Of a DNA stretch of 64,000 nucleotides, positions 11,546-27,560 are shown in pieces. Under the pieces are notes generated by a model. The model worked only from the letters and a program-made list of their open reading frames with translations, did not search any database and was not told the DNA's origin. The number at the start of each line of letters is the position of its first letter. Positions within the stretch are counted from its first letter, which is position 1. This DNA comes from the human T2T-CHM13v2.0 reference genome, Homo sapiens. The stretch lies in the NCBI RefSeq assembly GCF_009914755.1, contig NC_060929.1. One strand, 5' to 3'. A program made the translations under genes and the position numbers.

Positions 11546-14104
11546 AAACAGAGGAAAAAATGGATATGGACTTACACGCTTTTGTTTTTGCCTCTTTCTA
11601 TTTCAGGCCTTGTCCATGATGTTACATATAAGGTAATTAGCACACTACATTCACTCAACAAATATTTACTATTATTGTTATTACTATTCACTGTAATCAT
11701 CTGCCAGTTCTCCTACATCCAAACAAACTGGCTACTTTGTCCCAATGACTAGTTAGCTATATGTTAAGATTTTGGATGTTAGAGCCTTTATCAGTCCTTG
11801 AACACTATATAAACTGTACCCTGATCTTGATAAAGTAATAATGACTAAATTACTAATGGCCAACTGATACTCTTGGAGTTGTCTAGCATCACCAGAGAGT
11901 TAGTGAGGTACTGGTCAATTTGATTAAATGTTATTTCATGTTATGACCTTACTTTTTACTTGAGAGAGATAAACTAATCATAACCACATAAAATTCAAAG
12001 TCTCACAGATGAAACATCCATCTCACAGAAGCTTCTTGAACTTTACTCCCAAAGTGATTGGCCAGACCATTCTACATAACTGCACCAAAACCAACGATAT
12101 TGAGTCCCCATTTCTCTAATGTGTTTTAAAGGATTGCTATGCTTCGTTGATTTGATAATGCTTATCTTTTATTTCCTTTCTAAGAAACTAAAATTTATAG
12201 AGTAAGCTCTTGGCAAGTGAGTCATTTGAGAAAGCTACAGGATATTTCACCTGTAAGATAAGACTAAGGGCTACTACTAGCAGACAAGATAAGTCTCCTG
12301 GTTACTTGTTTGCTGGAAGTCATTATTCACAGTCTCCTGCCCGGATTACTGAAAGCATGTTACTCAGGTCCTAAGGAATTGCTTCTTTGTTCTCTGTAAC
12401 CTTAACTGTAGTGATCACTGTATTAAATGTTACAAAGTAGTCCTGGAGTTTTATTAATGAGCCCATCAGCTAAATTATAGTGATCATTAAAACTGCCAGT
12501 TCGTGTCAAAATGTTTTGACTATCAAATTCAGACAAATTAATCATTCTTTTAAATATGCTCTATTAGCAACCTGATTCTTTTTTCTGGTCCAGGATGTCA
12601 TTTGGCAGGGTTTCTATTTCTTCCCTTTTGCAGGCTGGCAATTAAATGAAGGACAAATGGGTAGAAACAACCTTTTTGGGAAATTTTTTAAATGAGTTAA
12701 TGATCCATTCCGTAAGCATTACAAACTGAAGGTGAGTCACTAAAGCTAATGACATTTATAATCAGTATTTGCAAAGAGCATCAGGTAATCAGTTAGAGCA
12801 GAAGAACAGGATAATGGCATTTCAGATGAGAACACACTTTTCAGAGGCTGATAACTTCTGCCAACAAATTGTCAGTGATATCTTGTTCAAAATAAAAAGG
12901 AATCTTCAAAATTTTATAAAGTGATAAAAGTCAGAAGATGTTTGATAAGTTGAAGAAGAGAGAAATATTGACTGAGAGAGCAGGGTTTTTTATAAAAATT
13001 GACAGGGACTTCAAGATATGTTTGATAATGATTGAACTGGGTTACATAAAGTGACACATCTTGCTGCCTTGCTTCTTTTTCTGATCAAAATTGAGACTTA
13101 GTAAATTGTATAATTTTTCTTGCTTCTGTCCCCTCTCTTGTCATTGCCATGAAGTCTGTGATAGTTGCTTCTATTTTTGAAGCATAACCAGGATTTATTT
13201 TTAAAATTTAAACAATTGTATAAAGTGGCTACTCAAGCACTTACTAGGGCTGTAGGAAATACTATATAGAAGTAGTATTTTCTTCCATGAGGTGTGGCAA
13301 TCATTTCTTTTTAAAAATAGTATTTTTATACTATTTCTTTAAAGGAAAAAATTATTTTGAATTTTTCAGCAGCAGAATTTGTCTCCCAATTAGTGAAATG
13401 ATTTACATTAAGCAAGGATGGTGATATGCCACAGTTTTGCCCCTTCTGATGTCAAAATCTCAGATCCTAATTATCAAAGTGACAAAGTCTTCTCAAATTG
13501 CCTCCTTCCTCTCCCCACCAACATGAGAAGTGATATATTTAAATAAAATAATCTATTTTAAGCTTCTACGTTTACAATTTTAGAGATATTTTAATGAAGT
13601 CAATGAACTTGTACAAAAACATATTCAGAATTCATACCCTGTGAATTCACAGAATTCATTATTCACAGTATTATATCACAGTATACAGAATTCACAGTAA
13701 TTCAGAATTCATTACTGTGATTCACCTACTTGGCTTCTAGGAATTAGAAGGTTAAAGACAAAAATGGTTGGAAAACTTAGAACTATTAACATTGGATACA
13801 AAGGCAAAATTAGGCTTCTGATTCAGTACTTAGTAGGGTCTTTCATAGATGAGATCAATACAGGCTGTTCCTTCTGTCACAACCAGAGTTTCCTAGTGGG
13901 TTGAGTGTTCTCTTTCAGAGCAGAGGTTGCAACTGTGGTCATTGCCTTTCCCACTCCCCAGCCACATCATTTCTCATTCATTGGCCTTTTCCTTGAACTA
14001 TCTCTATGCAAGATGTGCAGGAGGCATGGGAGGGATCAAGGTATTGATCATGCAGCATCCATCTGCTTTTCCTTTCTTCTTTCCTTCAGCTTCCAATTCC
14101 AAGT

Positions 14105-14320
14105 TTGAGCAAAAACAAAAGAATTCACATTTATTGAATGCCTCCTATGAACTAGTACTGGGCTCAAAATTTTACACATATAATTTCATTTAATTCTCTC
14201 TACAGTAATGCCCTATTTTGTGGATGAGGAAATCTAGACTGATAAGAGTCCCACGGTCACAGAGTGAAGAAATGGGAACATTGGGCTGTCCAGCTTTTTC
14301 CACTCAGTACACCATACCGT
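14105..14320 (-). mobile_element. MIR
   Basis: CACATTTATTGAATGCC...CCCTATTTTGTGGATGAGGAAATCTAGACT core. Confidence 0.7.
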
Positions 14321-14474
14321 GTCTATGTCACCTGGATCTAAGAGTTAGTTGAGGTTGGGATAAGAGAAATAAAAGGCTAACCATGATGCTAAAATGTCTG
14401 AATCATTATTGACTTACCGGCTTGTCAACAATCTAATACACAAGGAGAGCAAATTTTCTATAATGGAAAGTTAA

Positions 14475-14816
<342 letters not shown>

Positions 14817-16691
14817 TAAGATCTGTATTTGGCATGGAGACATTTATGGTTATGGTAATTCTGTTACACTATGCAATTAATATGTCATATATCACTTGAA
14901 ATTTTTGTATGCCAATTATAAACTTTATATTCCATTTTCAATGTGCTTAATGTGTATTTTCAAAGGCATTTGGAGAATATTTCTCTCCTGTAAAACATTT
15001 GAGTCAATATTCAGGTTAATTTTATAATCTTCATAAATGTATTAAAACCTTTCATATTAGTTATCACCCTGCTCAATACTTCATCAGGATTCTGACTTAA
15101 GCATTTCTTTGACTGGAATTTGTCATTTACTACAGTTAATAGTGCATAACAATACCCAAGCCCCTACTTTATGCAGTTTTTTAGCATGTGGAAACTACAT
15201 GCTGACATAATTTTACTATTCATTGCAATAGAAATACAATATCCACCATATAGCCGAAAGTGCTTTTGCACTCATTTATTCACAAATTTCATCTACTCAA
15301 GAGTTATTCACTTAGAAATGTATTTATTCAATCACTTTGACCCTGTTGAACACCGATTCTGTTTAGGGTATGCCCATCTTGCAGGATAATATTTTCAATG
15401 TTTTTGTCATTTCTAATTATCTTGCCTTTTATATCTACAAATATTTTATTTTTGATTTCATTGTTAACTTGACCCCTGGTAGAACAAGTGGCTTTCTACC
15501 TGTTTTGCATATTGTGTTTTGTTAGAGGAAGGTGTTTGAAGAAAAACTTCATAAAAGAAGTTTTAATTTTGAGTAGGAGTTCATCAAGAAAAAAAATAAT
15601 TAGGAGTTTAGTATTTTTAAAGTCCAGATAAGTAAGCTGAATCACTGATACAAGTGGTCCATAAGACACAGCAAAAGTGTAGCCAATACCTTTTCTGTGT
15701 TTGGAGGAGAATGAGGGAATTCAGCTCCTAGAGCTGAGGATGATAAGATCATAGCATATAAGGACTCAGTATTCTTCAGCTGGCTGGCAGTACTGTAAAA
15801 ATAACCATAAGACAACCCTAGATCTAGAAAACACATTCCATGAGAGTGCCTAGAACAATTTCTGCCATATAGCAGGCTCTCTTTAAAAAATGATGCCTGA
15901 ATGCCCTGGTGACTTGGTATATAAATTGTAAAGTGCTCAGAACTCTTCCACTTTATTGTTGTTGGTACATCTGTATTTTCTCCTACATAGCCTGTTATTT
16001 CATGTCCAAAAAGAAAGGGGACAGAAATTGATAGGTGAGGACTTAGGGATGCTTATTGAGCCAATGAACTAGAGATGCCCTTCTAAGTCTGTATGACAGT
16101 TTTTTCCTACTTGACCCCTCTTTCAATAAGGATGCCTATTTTCCTTTTTCTTATTTCATGAGGCTGCTTATGGCAATAGACCCTAAAAGAAGGAGCTCTA
16201 CTTGGACAGATGGTCTGAGAAGACCGTAGGCCTAAGGAAAAAACTCTTTCTCATTCTTCCTTGTTCTATTTGTTCTTACATTGTGTGTCCTAACTTTCAG
16301 AGTATTTCTGGAAGGGGTGTGCCTAGAGGCAGGATACTAGGAACCCATGGTAACCTCTAGATGCGGCCTCATGGCTCAGCCTTATCCTATATCACATAGC
16401 ATCATAATTTGGAACCAAACTCTTTCTTCACCTGGCTTTGTCTCTCTATTTGGATAAACTGAGGCCTGACATTCAAAACAAATCCCAATTCATAACCCTC
16501 ATGATAGGTGGAAACAACCTCATAAGGAGGTGTTCTGTGGACTGGACTGTAGCAAGAAGGACATTTCCAATGACTATCACAAGAGAGAAATATTACCAGG
16601 AAAAAAATTGAGGTCAAAAAGCTAGAAGAAACTGACTAACTGCATCAAACTAAAGGAGCAAAAACAGGAAAAGAAATAGGAAATTAATAAT

Positions 16692-17146
<455 letters not shown>

Positions 17147-17494
17147 TCATTCTTTTAGTACTGACTGTGAATCAATCTCCCCTCCTTTCTCTCACACATA
17201 CACACATAGAGGCATAGAATATAGAATTTTTGAGTATTTTCTGCTGGTAAAGAAGTCTCTTAGGTAATGGAGAAAAATAAACTCAGGTTCTGGGCTATCA
17301 TTTAGCATACTATTGTTCTCTCTACTTATATACTTAGTATGCATTTTAATGTCTTCATTTTGAGTACTAATATGTATTCTTCTTACACCTGTGTTTTATT
17401 TTAAATTTCCCACTGTAAAATTTATAGTTCAGAAATATCAGATTACTTACAATCACTCTCAACACACACACTCACACACTCACGCATTCACACT

Positions 17495-17600
17495 TACAGC
17501 TGTAAACTCCTCAAGGTCAAAGATTGTGTGACTTATACATTTTTATATTCATCACGCCCAGCATAAGTATTCAGTACATGTTCAATAAAATTAATTAATT
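17495..17600 (+). mobile_element. L2 3' end fragment
   Basis: CTGTAAACTCCTCAAGGTCAAAGATTGTG...GTTCAATAAA. Confidence 0.6.
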
Positions 17601-18744
17601 TATTTTAAGATGAGTAAGGAAAGACCAAACATGTGCATAGAGAAAGCCAACCCAAAAAAGCATGAGAATATTACTCCCTGTTGGGTAGTTCATAGCTGAG
17701 TAGCTTATAGGCCATCAAGGCATATCAATTTAAGCTCTTCTGTTCCCACAAAGTTGACAGAAAATGACTCAAGTAACAGGCATGAGAGAACCTTCCCTTG
17801 ACATGTTGTAGTAAGAAAGTAAAGCTCTGTAGGAGTAATTTGCATTCTCTTAATAATCTTGTTTGGTAAGGAAATATCTCTGAAGCCTTTTTTCCTGCTG
17901 TTCAAATTCATCACCACTTCTTTACCCTTCCTTATTGCCAGTTTTCCATCTCATTTATGTTGTCATCTCTTTATCGCGTTCCTTCTTTCAGTTTTCCTTA
18001 ATTTACCATTTTTAGCACATAGTCCTACTCTGACTTCAACTAGAGCTGATTAAGATAGGAGGATTTCTGTTCATCCATGTTTCACTTATTTTTTCACACA
18101 TCTCTTTGCTCTTTAAATAAATTTACATTACTGGTCACTCATTTTGAGTTCTCAGGTCCTTTCTGGGTACATCTGCCTGCACGCTCTTACCTGTATATTT
18201 GCAAACTATTTTCTTCTTCTGATAGAATGATCCTATATCTTCCATTTTCAACTGTGTCCTATATCCTTCCTTTTTCAGGTGCCATTGTATTCTTAATTCT
18301 CATATTGTTCATTTTGCTGCCGTTCTCCAGACCTCTCATGAACCCGTTGGCAAAAATACATTTTATGAGCATTATTTCCATTTAACCATTCAAAGCACTC
18401 TTGTCAATATCAAATGACCTCTCATACAGCTAGATTGTGCAGATCTCTTTGCAATATATTTTGCTCACATGTTACCTAAGGTACAACTGCTAATAATAGT
18501 CAACATATTATTCGTAGTCAAACTCCATTGTAATGAATTTAAAGAGGTATTCACACTTTTTCACCATCTTAAAGTTTCATTACACAGAATTCAGTATTAC
18601 TCATATGAAGAGGCCACAAGTCCTGCTTTATCACTTTAATCAGCCAAATACCCTTAATTTTCTGCCCATCATTGCTGAATGTGCTAAACCATAGCTAGCC
18701 TCCTTTCTAAAGTGTAAGGACTCAGTTGAAAGATAGATTTAGTT

Positions 18745-19720
18745 CATCAGAGTGAACAGGCAACCTACAGAATGGGAGAAAATTGTTGCAATCTATCCAT
18801 CTGATGAAAGTCTAATATCCAGAATCTACAAGGAACTTAAACAAATTTACAAGAAAGAACAACCCCATCAAAAAGTAGGCAAAGGATATGAAAAGACACT
18901 TCTCAAAAGAAGACATTTATGCAGCCAACCAACATATGAAAAAAAGCTTATCATCGCTGGTCATTAGAGAAATGCAAATCAAAACCACAATGAGACACCA
19001 TCTCACGCCAGTCAGAATGACGATCCCTAAAATGTCAGGAAATAACAGATGCTGGAGAGGATGTGGAGAAATAGGAACGCTTTTACACTGTTCGTGGGAG
19101 TGTGAATTAGTTCAACCATTGTGGAAGACAATGTGGCGATTCCTAAAGGATCTAGAACCAGAAATACCATTTCACCCGGCAATCCCATTACTAGGTATAT
19201 ACACAAAGGATTATAAATCATTCTGCTATAAAGACACATGCACACATATGTTTACTGCAGCATGATTTACAATAGCAAAGACTTGGAACCAACCCAAATG
19301 CCCATCAATGATAGACTGGATAAAGAAAATGTGGCACATATACACCATGGAATACTATACAGCCATAAAAAAGATGAGTTCATGTCCTTTGCAGGGACAT
19401 CGATGAAGCTGGAAACCATCATTCTCAGGAAACTAACACAGGAACAGAAAAGCAAACACTGCATGTTCTCACTTATAAGTGGGAGTTGAACAATGAGAAC
19501 ACATGGACACAGGGAAGGGAACATTATGCACCAGGGCCTTTCGGGGGTTGCTGGGGAAGGGGAGGGAGAGCATTAGGAGAAATACTTAATGCATGTAGGC
19601 CTTAAAACCTAGATGACAGGTTGATGGGTGCAGCAAACCACCATGGCACATGTATACCTATGTAACAAACCTGCATGTTCTGCACATGTATCCCAGAACT
19701 TAAAATATAATTTAAAAAAA
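18745..19720 (+). mobile_element. 5'-truncated L1PA (about PA8-10) with 16-bp TSD
   Basis: ORF2 C-terminal peptides, 3'UTR and A tail; TSD AAAGATAGATTTAGTT / AAAGATAGATATAGTT. Confidence 0.96.
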
Positions 19721-19730
19721 AGATAGATAT

Positions 19731-20405
19731 AGTTTAACGTCAGATTAAGCCAATAAAAATACAGAACACTCAGTTAAATTCAAATTTCAGATAGTCAAAA
19801 GTTTTTTTTACAAGTGTAATCTATAATATATTTAGGATATACATATATTAAAGTATTATTTATATGCAATTCAAATTTAAATAAGTGTTTAATAATTTTT
19901 AATATAAATATGTCCTAATTATTTTTTTCTTTTTTTTTAACTTTTATTTTAGGTCCAAGGGGTAAAACGGCAGGTTTGTTACTTAGGTAAATTTGTGTCA
20001 TGGGGGTTCGTTGTACAAATTATTTCATCACCCAGGTATTAAGCCTAGAACTCATTAGTTATTTTTCCTGATCCTCTCCCTCCTCCCAGCCTCCACCCTA
20101 AAATCGATAACAGCAAATGCAAAAGAACTGAAGGCATAACAAACAGTCTCTTGGACCACATCCCAATCAAATTCAAAATCAAGACTAAGAAATTCACTCA
20201 AAACAATACAATTACATAGAAATTGAATAACCTGTTCCTAAACGACTTCTGGGTAAAAACAAAATTAGGGCAGAAATAAAGAAGTTCTTTGAAACTAATG
20301 AGAATAAAGATACAATGTATCAGAATCTCTGTCCTAAATATTTTATGGATATACTTATACTAAAAATTATTTGTTAATAATCTGAAATTAAAATTTAATT
20401 GAACC
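19731..20405. mobile_element. MER53-like hAT MITE (about 1.5 copies) interrupted by an L1 at 19922-20331
   Basis: AATAAAAATACAGAACACTCAGTTAAATTCAAATTTCAGATA and ATACTTATACTAAAAATTATTTGTTAATAATCTGAAATT. Confidence 0.8.
19922..20331 (-). mobile_element. Short 5'-inverted L1PA (about PA13-15): ~180 bp 3' end (minus) joined to ~230 bp of EN-proximal ORF2 (plus)
   Basis: PolyT and 3'UTR to ~20100, then sense CAGCAAATGCAAAAGAACTGAA...CAGAATCTCTG; TSD TGTCCTAA(T/A)TATTTT at 19911 and 20330. Confidence 0.85.
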
Positions 20406-20865
20406 TCAAAGAGTTTCTGGAAAAGAAGCAAAACACTAATAAGCATGCACAGATTTGAGATGTTACATGCAAATTTACTTCAAGAAAAGTAGAACACTAC
20501 AGGATTTCCAAAACTTGCTTTGGCCTGTTTGTAATTAAATGTGTTTGCGTTCATGCATATGTACGTACTGTCTCTTTAAATCACTGCTCAGTTCCCCAAA
20601 CAACTTCGTATAAAAATAGATCAGATTCAGTTGGCATACGTTAAATATCTGCAATTATTTTTATAAAGAAAATGTTTTGTGTTGTAGGTTATATACACAG
20701 GTTCTAAAGGCAAAAGAATGTTGTGTACTGTTTACAAAGTCAAGCTGTTTGATGTTGCATGACACACTGTGACATTTTTGGGTCAGGCAGAAAAATCTGT
20801 ATTTGCTCCTTGACATACTTTATTACATCCACAGTTCCAGGAGAAACCAATCATTTGGAACTTCA

Positions 20866-21298
<433 letters not shown>

Positions 21299-22024
21299 AT
21301 GTAATTCTGCCAAAAACTGGGAGAATAGGAGCAGTGTATAAGAATATAACTTATTTCTTTGAACTCTTCTGCTACACTGGAATCAACTTTCTGTACAAAT
21401 TTGCACCAGAAATTCAAGAGCCTGAATTACCAATTATTGGTCAGAGTGTGTCCTCTCTGATTAGATTCAGATAACATATTCTAAAATATGCTTATTGTAA
21501 AAAAAAAGCTGGTACATTTAGATAAGGTATACATGAGATGTAGTTATTTAAATTATTTGTAGGAAACTGAAGCAGAGAGTCAAAGGATAGAGAAACTCAC
21601 TTTTTGAAATTAATTCAGATAGAATTCTTGGAACTTGTTTAGCAGAATTGGCTCTAAGTGAGAGATGTCACAAATTCCATTGATACAGCAGGTAATATCA
21701 TTAAATTTGATTCATAAACCTAAACTTGAGTGAGTTCAAGGGCTTCAGGGCTTAGTAACTGGCAAGCACATCCACTTCACTGGTAAAGTCCCTTCTGAGA
21801 TGTTTAGCTTAGTTCAGATACTACTGGAAATGAAAACAGTTAATAGGGGTCAGATTAGCAGATAGTGCACAAGAAACTATACCCACAGAACTTCTCATGT
21901 CTAAAGGGAAAAAAGAAAGCACTGCTCACAGAAAAAAAAAAGTAGCCATTATGTGTAATTGGTTGATATTTATTTAGTTAAGAGTTTTGTGCTCTCAAAA
22001 TATATTATTTCATATACACATTTA

Positions 22025-22153
22025 CGGTGACCATACAATTTATCATCCAAACCTTGACACATTTTGCCCAGGACAAATGCTAAACCAAAGAGAACTCCTG
22101 GACAACGGGCGTACATTGGGAATGTAATGGACAAACTTTAACATATACACACT
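22025..22153. mobile_element. MER94-like hAT MITE
   Basis: GGTGACCATACAATTTATCATCCAAACC...GGACAACGGGCGTA. Confidence 0.75.
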
Positions 22154-22227
22154 ATGATTTGTATATACAATAAAAAATAAAAATAGAAAATTATTTAAAT
22201 TCATATAATAAATCCATGAAGCAATCA

Positions 22228-22445
22228 AAATAATCATAGCTAACATTTTGATGTTTACTATATCCCAAAAGTTCATTTAATCTTGGCATTAATCTTATCA
22301 AGTAAGGAGCTATTACTATTTCCATTTTACAAATTGGTAAATTATGACCCAGAGAGGCTAAGAAATGTTGCTAGAGTCACAAAGCTACATAATGTAGAAT
22401 GAAAATTTGAATCCACACAGCCTGGATACAGAGCTCATATTCTAA
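22228..22445 (-). mobile_element. MIR
   Basis: ATAATCATAGCTAACATTT...TATTTCCATTTTACAAATTGGTAAATTATGACCCAGAGAGGCTAAG. Confidence 0.8.
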
Positions 22446-23463
22446 ATGAAAACATATGCTAAAAGGGAATTAATTAAATTAAATAACTGAATGTTAAGTA
22501 TAATAATATATTCAATCACATATAAGAACTAGATAATAAGAATTTAAAATTTAAATATATACTCATTTTTAAAGATAATGACTATATTATAGTCCCATTA
22601 CAAATGTGGCAAGTCTTACCCTAAAAATAAGACACTCTAACTATAGACCACCCACCCAAACCAGATTCTTGAGCCCTACCGAAGCCTTAACTAAGGATTT
22701 CACTTGATTCTTATAATTAGTGTTTGAGAATGTTTCCTAAAAAATAGGAAACAAGAGTAAATTGGTGGTGTTGCATTTATGCTGTTGTTATGATTTTGTT
22801 TTTGTTTTTATAAGAACATAGAACTTACAATAACTAAGCACAAGCACTGACTTAGGATGACTATCTTTAAGTACTCAAAAACAACTACACTAGTTTAATC
22901 TCCGTTGATTAAAAATATTAACTTCTACCCACCAGCTCACTAGATGAGGTTTTCTTATAAAAACAATAATTATGAACAATATGTAATTTGGTACAGCATT
23001 GTTACAAAATAACCACCACTGACAACATAGAAGAAATTATTTTGATTATATTATCTGTATTTAAAAAACCGAAGTTGTAGTAGAAATGATTTTCTTTAAC
23101 TGCATCTAGGAAAGTCAAAAATATGAGTTCTATTATCACTCAATATTATTCATGAGATTTTTTATTTTAAAATATTTTAAAATACATTTTTCATTCAATT
23201 AATTTAAAATTATCACAGCTAAGCACACTAAAACATAATGTCCTTATTCTTTTAAAAATATTTGCTTATACTTACCAGGCATTATTCTAGGCATGAGTTA
23301 CAAGTCAGACAGCAAAATATTACAAGGAAACAAAAAAAATACTTTTCTCCTAGAGTTTACTGTTTAGCAAGTCTTGTGCTTCCTTGGCCTTAAAGTATTT
23401 GACCATTTTTCAACAAACTTTCAGACATGCGAAGAAATAGTGTACCAATAAAATAAAATGCCT

Positions 23464-23929
23464 GCTCTTATCTAAGCACTAACCAGGTCATACCCTTCTT
23501 AGTTTCTGTCTTAGTCTGCTTGTGCTGCTGTAACAGAATACCTTAGACTGGATGATTTATAATTAATAGAAATTTATTTCTCATACTTCTGGGGCCTGGG
23601 AAGTCCAAGGTCAAGGAACTTTCAGATTCCATGTCTGTAAGGGCTTTCTCTCTGCTTCCAAGAGGGCACCTCATTGCTGCATCCTTACGTGGTAGCTGTG
23701 TCCTCACATGGCAGAAGAGCAAAAAGAAACAAACTTGCACCCTCAATTTCTTTTATAATCCCACCCATGACAGCAGAGTCCTAGTGGCCTAACTACCTCC
23801 CAAGGGCCCTGCCTCTTAATACCATCATCTTGAGGTTTAAGTTACAATATATGATTTTTGGAGGGACATATACATTCAAACTGTAGAAGCTTCCAAAATC
23901 AGAGAAGATTGAGCACATCCAAGATGATA

Positions 23930-23931
<2 letters not shown>
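23464..23931 (-). pseudogene. 5S rRNA pseudogene fragment in two pieces (23464-23506 and 23889-23931) split by a solo LTR
   Basis: Rejoined ATCTAAGCACTAACCAGGTCATACCCTTCTTA+GCTTCCAAAATCAGAGAAGATTGAGCACATCCAAGATGATATG is colinear with antisense 5S ATCCAAGTACTAACCAGGCCCGACCCTGCTTAGCTTCCGAGATCAGACGAGATCGGGCGCGTTCAGGGTGGTATG. Confidence 0.85.
23507..23888 (-). mobile_element. MaLR solo LTR (MLT1A/MSTC-D-like)
   Basis: TGTCTTAGTCTGCTTGTGCTGCTGTAACAGAATACC...ACATTCAAACTGTAGAA; 5-bp TSD GTTTC/GCTTC. Confidence 0.9.
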
Positions 23932-25055
<1,124 letters not shown>

Positions 25056-25649
25056 GGATGAAAGAAGGGAAGAGGGGAGGGAAGGTGGTTACTGTTAGTT
25101 CCCAGGGAGAATACGAGAGAAAGTTAGGGTAGAAAAAGTGTAAACTGAACCACTAGAATAAGTTTCTGTAAGGTAGAGACAAAAGAAGAACCATCTTGTG
25201 TGAGGCAGGGGACACAGAGACTCAGATATCTTTGTGTCTAAAGACAGACAGAGGTGTGAATCACCTCCTTAATTTGAAGGGGCACCTAAGTTGATGATTA
25301 ACTTAGCTCTCTTTATGCTATTCTGGTAGATCTTCCCAGCCTCCTTTCTCGGAAAGAGACCTCCAGTGAGAATGGGGTAAGCAAGCCCTTTAGTGAGAAT
25401 TAGAAAGAAAGAGGAAGTGTGGTGAGTTTACTTTTTGGAATAAAAGCACAAAGCAGAAAACCAATGGGACACCCAGTTACTTTGTCAACAGTATGCCAAA
25501 CACTAATTTTGGAAGATCCTGTTAAACTTGGTATAGTCCCTGAGTATTATTTTTATTCTCCATTGTCTGTTTCCCAGTTGTGATCATATAATAGTAAAAC
25601 TCACCTAATGAAAGCACCTGCTTCCTTGTGTTTACAAGAAACAAGGCAA

Positions 25650-25925
25650 GGGTACAAAAAAAAAAAAAAAGAATGATTAAGACCTACTATTTGATAGCAC
25701 AATAGGGTGACTATAGTCAATAATAACTTAATTTTGCATGTTAAAATAACTTAAAAGTGTAATTGGATTGTTTATAACTCAAAGGATAAATGTTGAGGGG
25801 ACAGATACCCCATTCCCCATAATGTGCTTACTTCACATTGCATGCCTATATTAAAACATCTCATGTAACCCATAAATATATGCACCTACTATGTACCCAC
25901 AAAAATCTTTATTTAAAAAAAAATT
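25650..25925 (+). mobile_element. L1MA1/2 3' end with 12-bp TSD
   Basis: AAGACCTACTATTTGATAGCACAATAGGGTGAC...TACTATGTACCCACAAAAA; TSD AAACAAGGCAAG / AAACAAGTCAAG. Confidence 0.9.
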
Positions 25926-26244
25926 AAACAAGTCAAGCCCAAGTAAACCAAATGATGGTATGGCAGTTTTAGAGGAGAGAGGAAAACAAATTTAGTCCTG
26001 CAAGCCCTGCTTATGCTGTAAAAAAGAAAAAAAAAAAAAAAAGAAGAAGAAACATACTAGGAGTTGGCTGAGTCTTAGACATGTACTTGAGGCCTAAGAG
26101 AAGAGATCTGTTCTGTGTGCACACAATTGACCTTTGTCACCAAAAAGGAAATAATGTTTCAGTCATTCATGGAGGTAAAAGAGTGGACAAATTGTGTTGA
26201 GGTGGACAATTGCATCATAAAAATGCATTTATTATTCTTCATTA

Positions 26245-27560
26245 CCTAATACACTGTAAGTTCTTCAAGGGCAGAGATTGAGTCTCCACTTTTTTCTTCC
26301 TATGGCCCACCTTGGTAGCTGACACAAATTAATTACTCATAAATGTTGATACAAAATAAATGAGTGATTTAATTAATTACTTAAAATCCTTTATAAGTCT
26401 CAGGCTTACAGTTTTAGAAAAATAACAAACACAGAATTCTTATTAGGCACTAGAAAAATATGTGTCATGGAGGAATTGATATTTGATCTGAGTCTTGATC
26501 AACATAATGTGGAAAACGGGGAAAGAGATCTTTGAGGCAGAGATATTAGAATTTGCATGATGAAGAGTCATTCGGGGTGGCTTACATGTATGGGAGGAGA
26601 CATAAGACACAAGGTATGTTAAGGCCCGACTATGAATAATCTTAAGTGTGATGTGAGAAAATTTGGATTTTAATCAATGGATCATGGGAAACCATAGAAT
26701 GTTTATAAGAATGCAAGTGTGACTTGTGATCTGATTTGTCTTCTGGAAGGTTAGGTCTGGTACTAGTTTGTATGAAGGACCAAATGGGGACTAGAAAAGA
26801 ATCAAGTTATGAAGCTATTGCAATGGTTCAGGAAAGCAATAAAATAAAATATGGACAAAGATAAATAAGGCACAAATGTATAATATATTTAAACATGTAA
26901 TTCCAAAGACTTCTGATGGATATGAGTTGGAGGATATAAGAGAGAGAAGACTCATGGATGAATCCAAGGTTTCTAGCTAGGGAAGTTGTAAAGCTCTCTT
27001 TATTAATAAAATCAAAAAGAGATGGAAGATTCGGCAGGAAAGGCCAGATATCAGTATGGGACTTTCTGAGTTTGAAGTGCCTGCAGATATTTTTATGAAG
27101 ATGTTCATAAAACATCTAGGAAATTAGATATTGATATCTGCAACTCTGGGAAAGACTTGTGATTTGAGGCATGGATTTCAGATTTATCAACGAAGAATTA
27201 GAAGATGAGCCCAGGATAAGTAGCTCATCCTGTAAAAGTAGGTAGAACTGGAGGGGGAAAAGGCTGAAATTGAAATCCAGAAAAGTCGACATTCAAGTAG
27301 CAAGAGTTGAGCAGGAAACAGAGAATATTCAGGTAGTCAGGAAGAGAGACAGGAGAGAGCTTCTCATAGAACTCAAAGGAAGTCAAATTTCAATGAATGA
27401 TTGAACCAGATAACAAATAAGATGACTGAAAAAAATTACCACTTGACTGGATAATTTGGAAAAATCTGATGACCTTATTGCAGCATATTGAATTGGGAAA
27501 CCAGAGTACAAAAGCTGGAAGAAAAAAAAAACTGTAAAGGGAAAATGGTACATCACTGGC
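26245..27560. mobile_element. L2 relics: short + strand 3' end (26245-26370) and longer minus-strand fragment (~26465-27560)
   Basis: CTGTAAGTTCTTCAAGGGCAGAGA; GGAAACCATAGAATGTTTATAAG...GATCTGATTTG; TGAGTTTGAAGTGCCTG. Confidence 0.75.
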
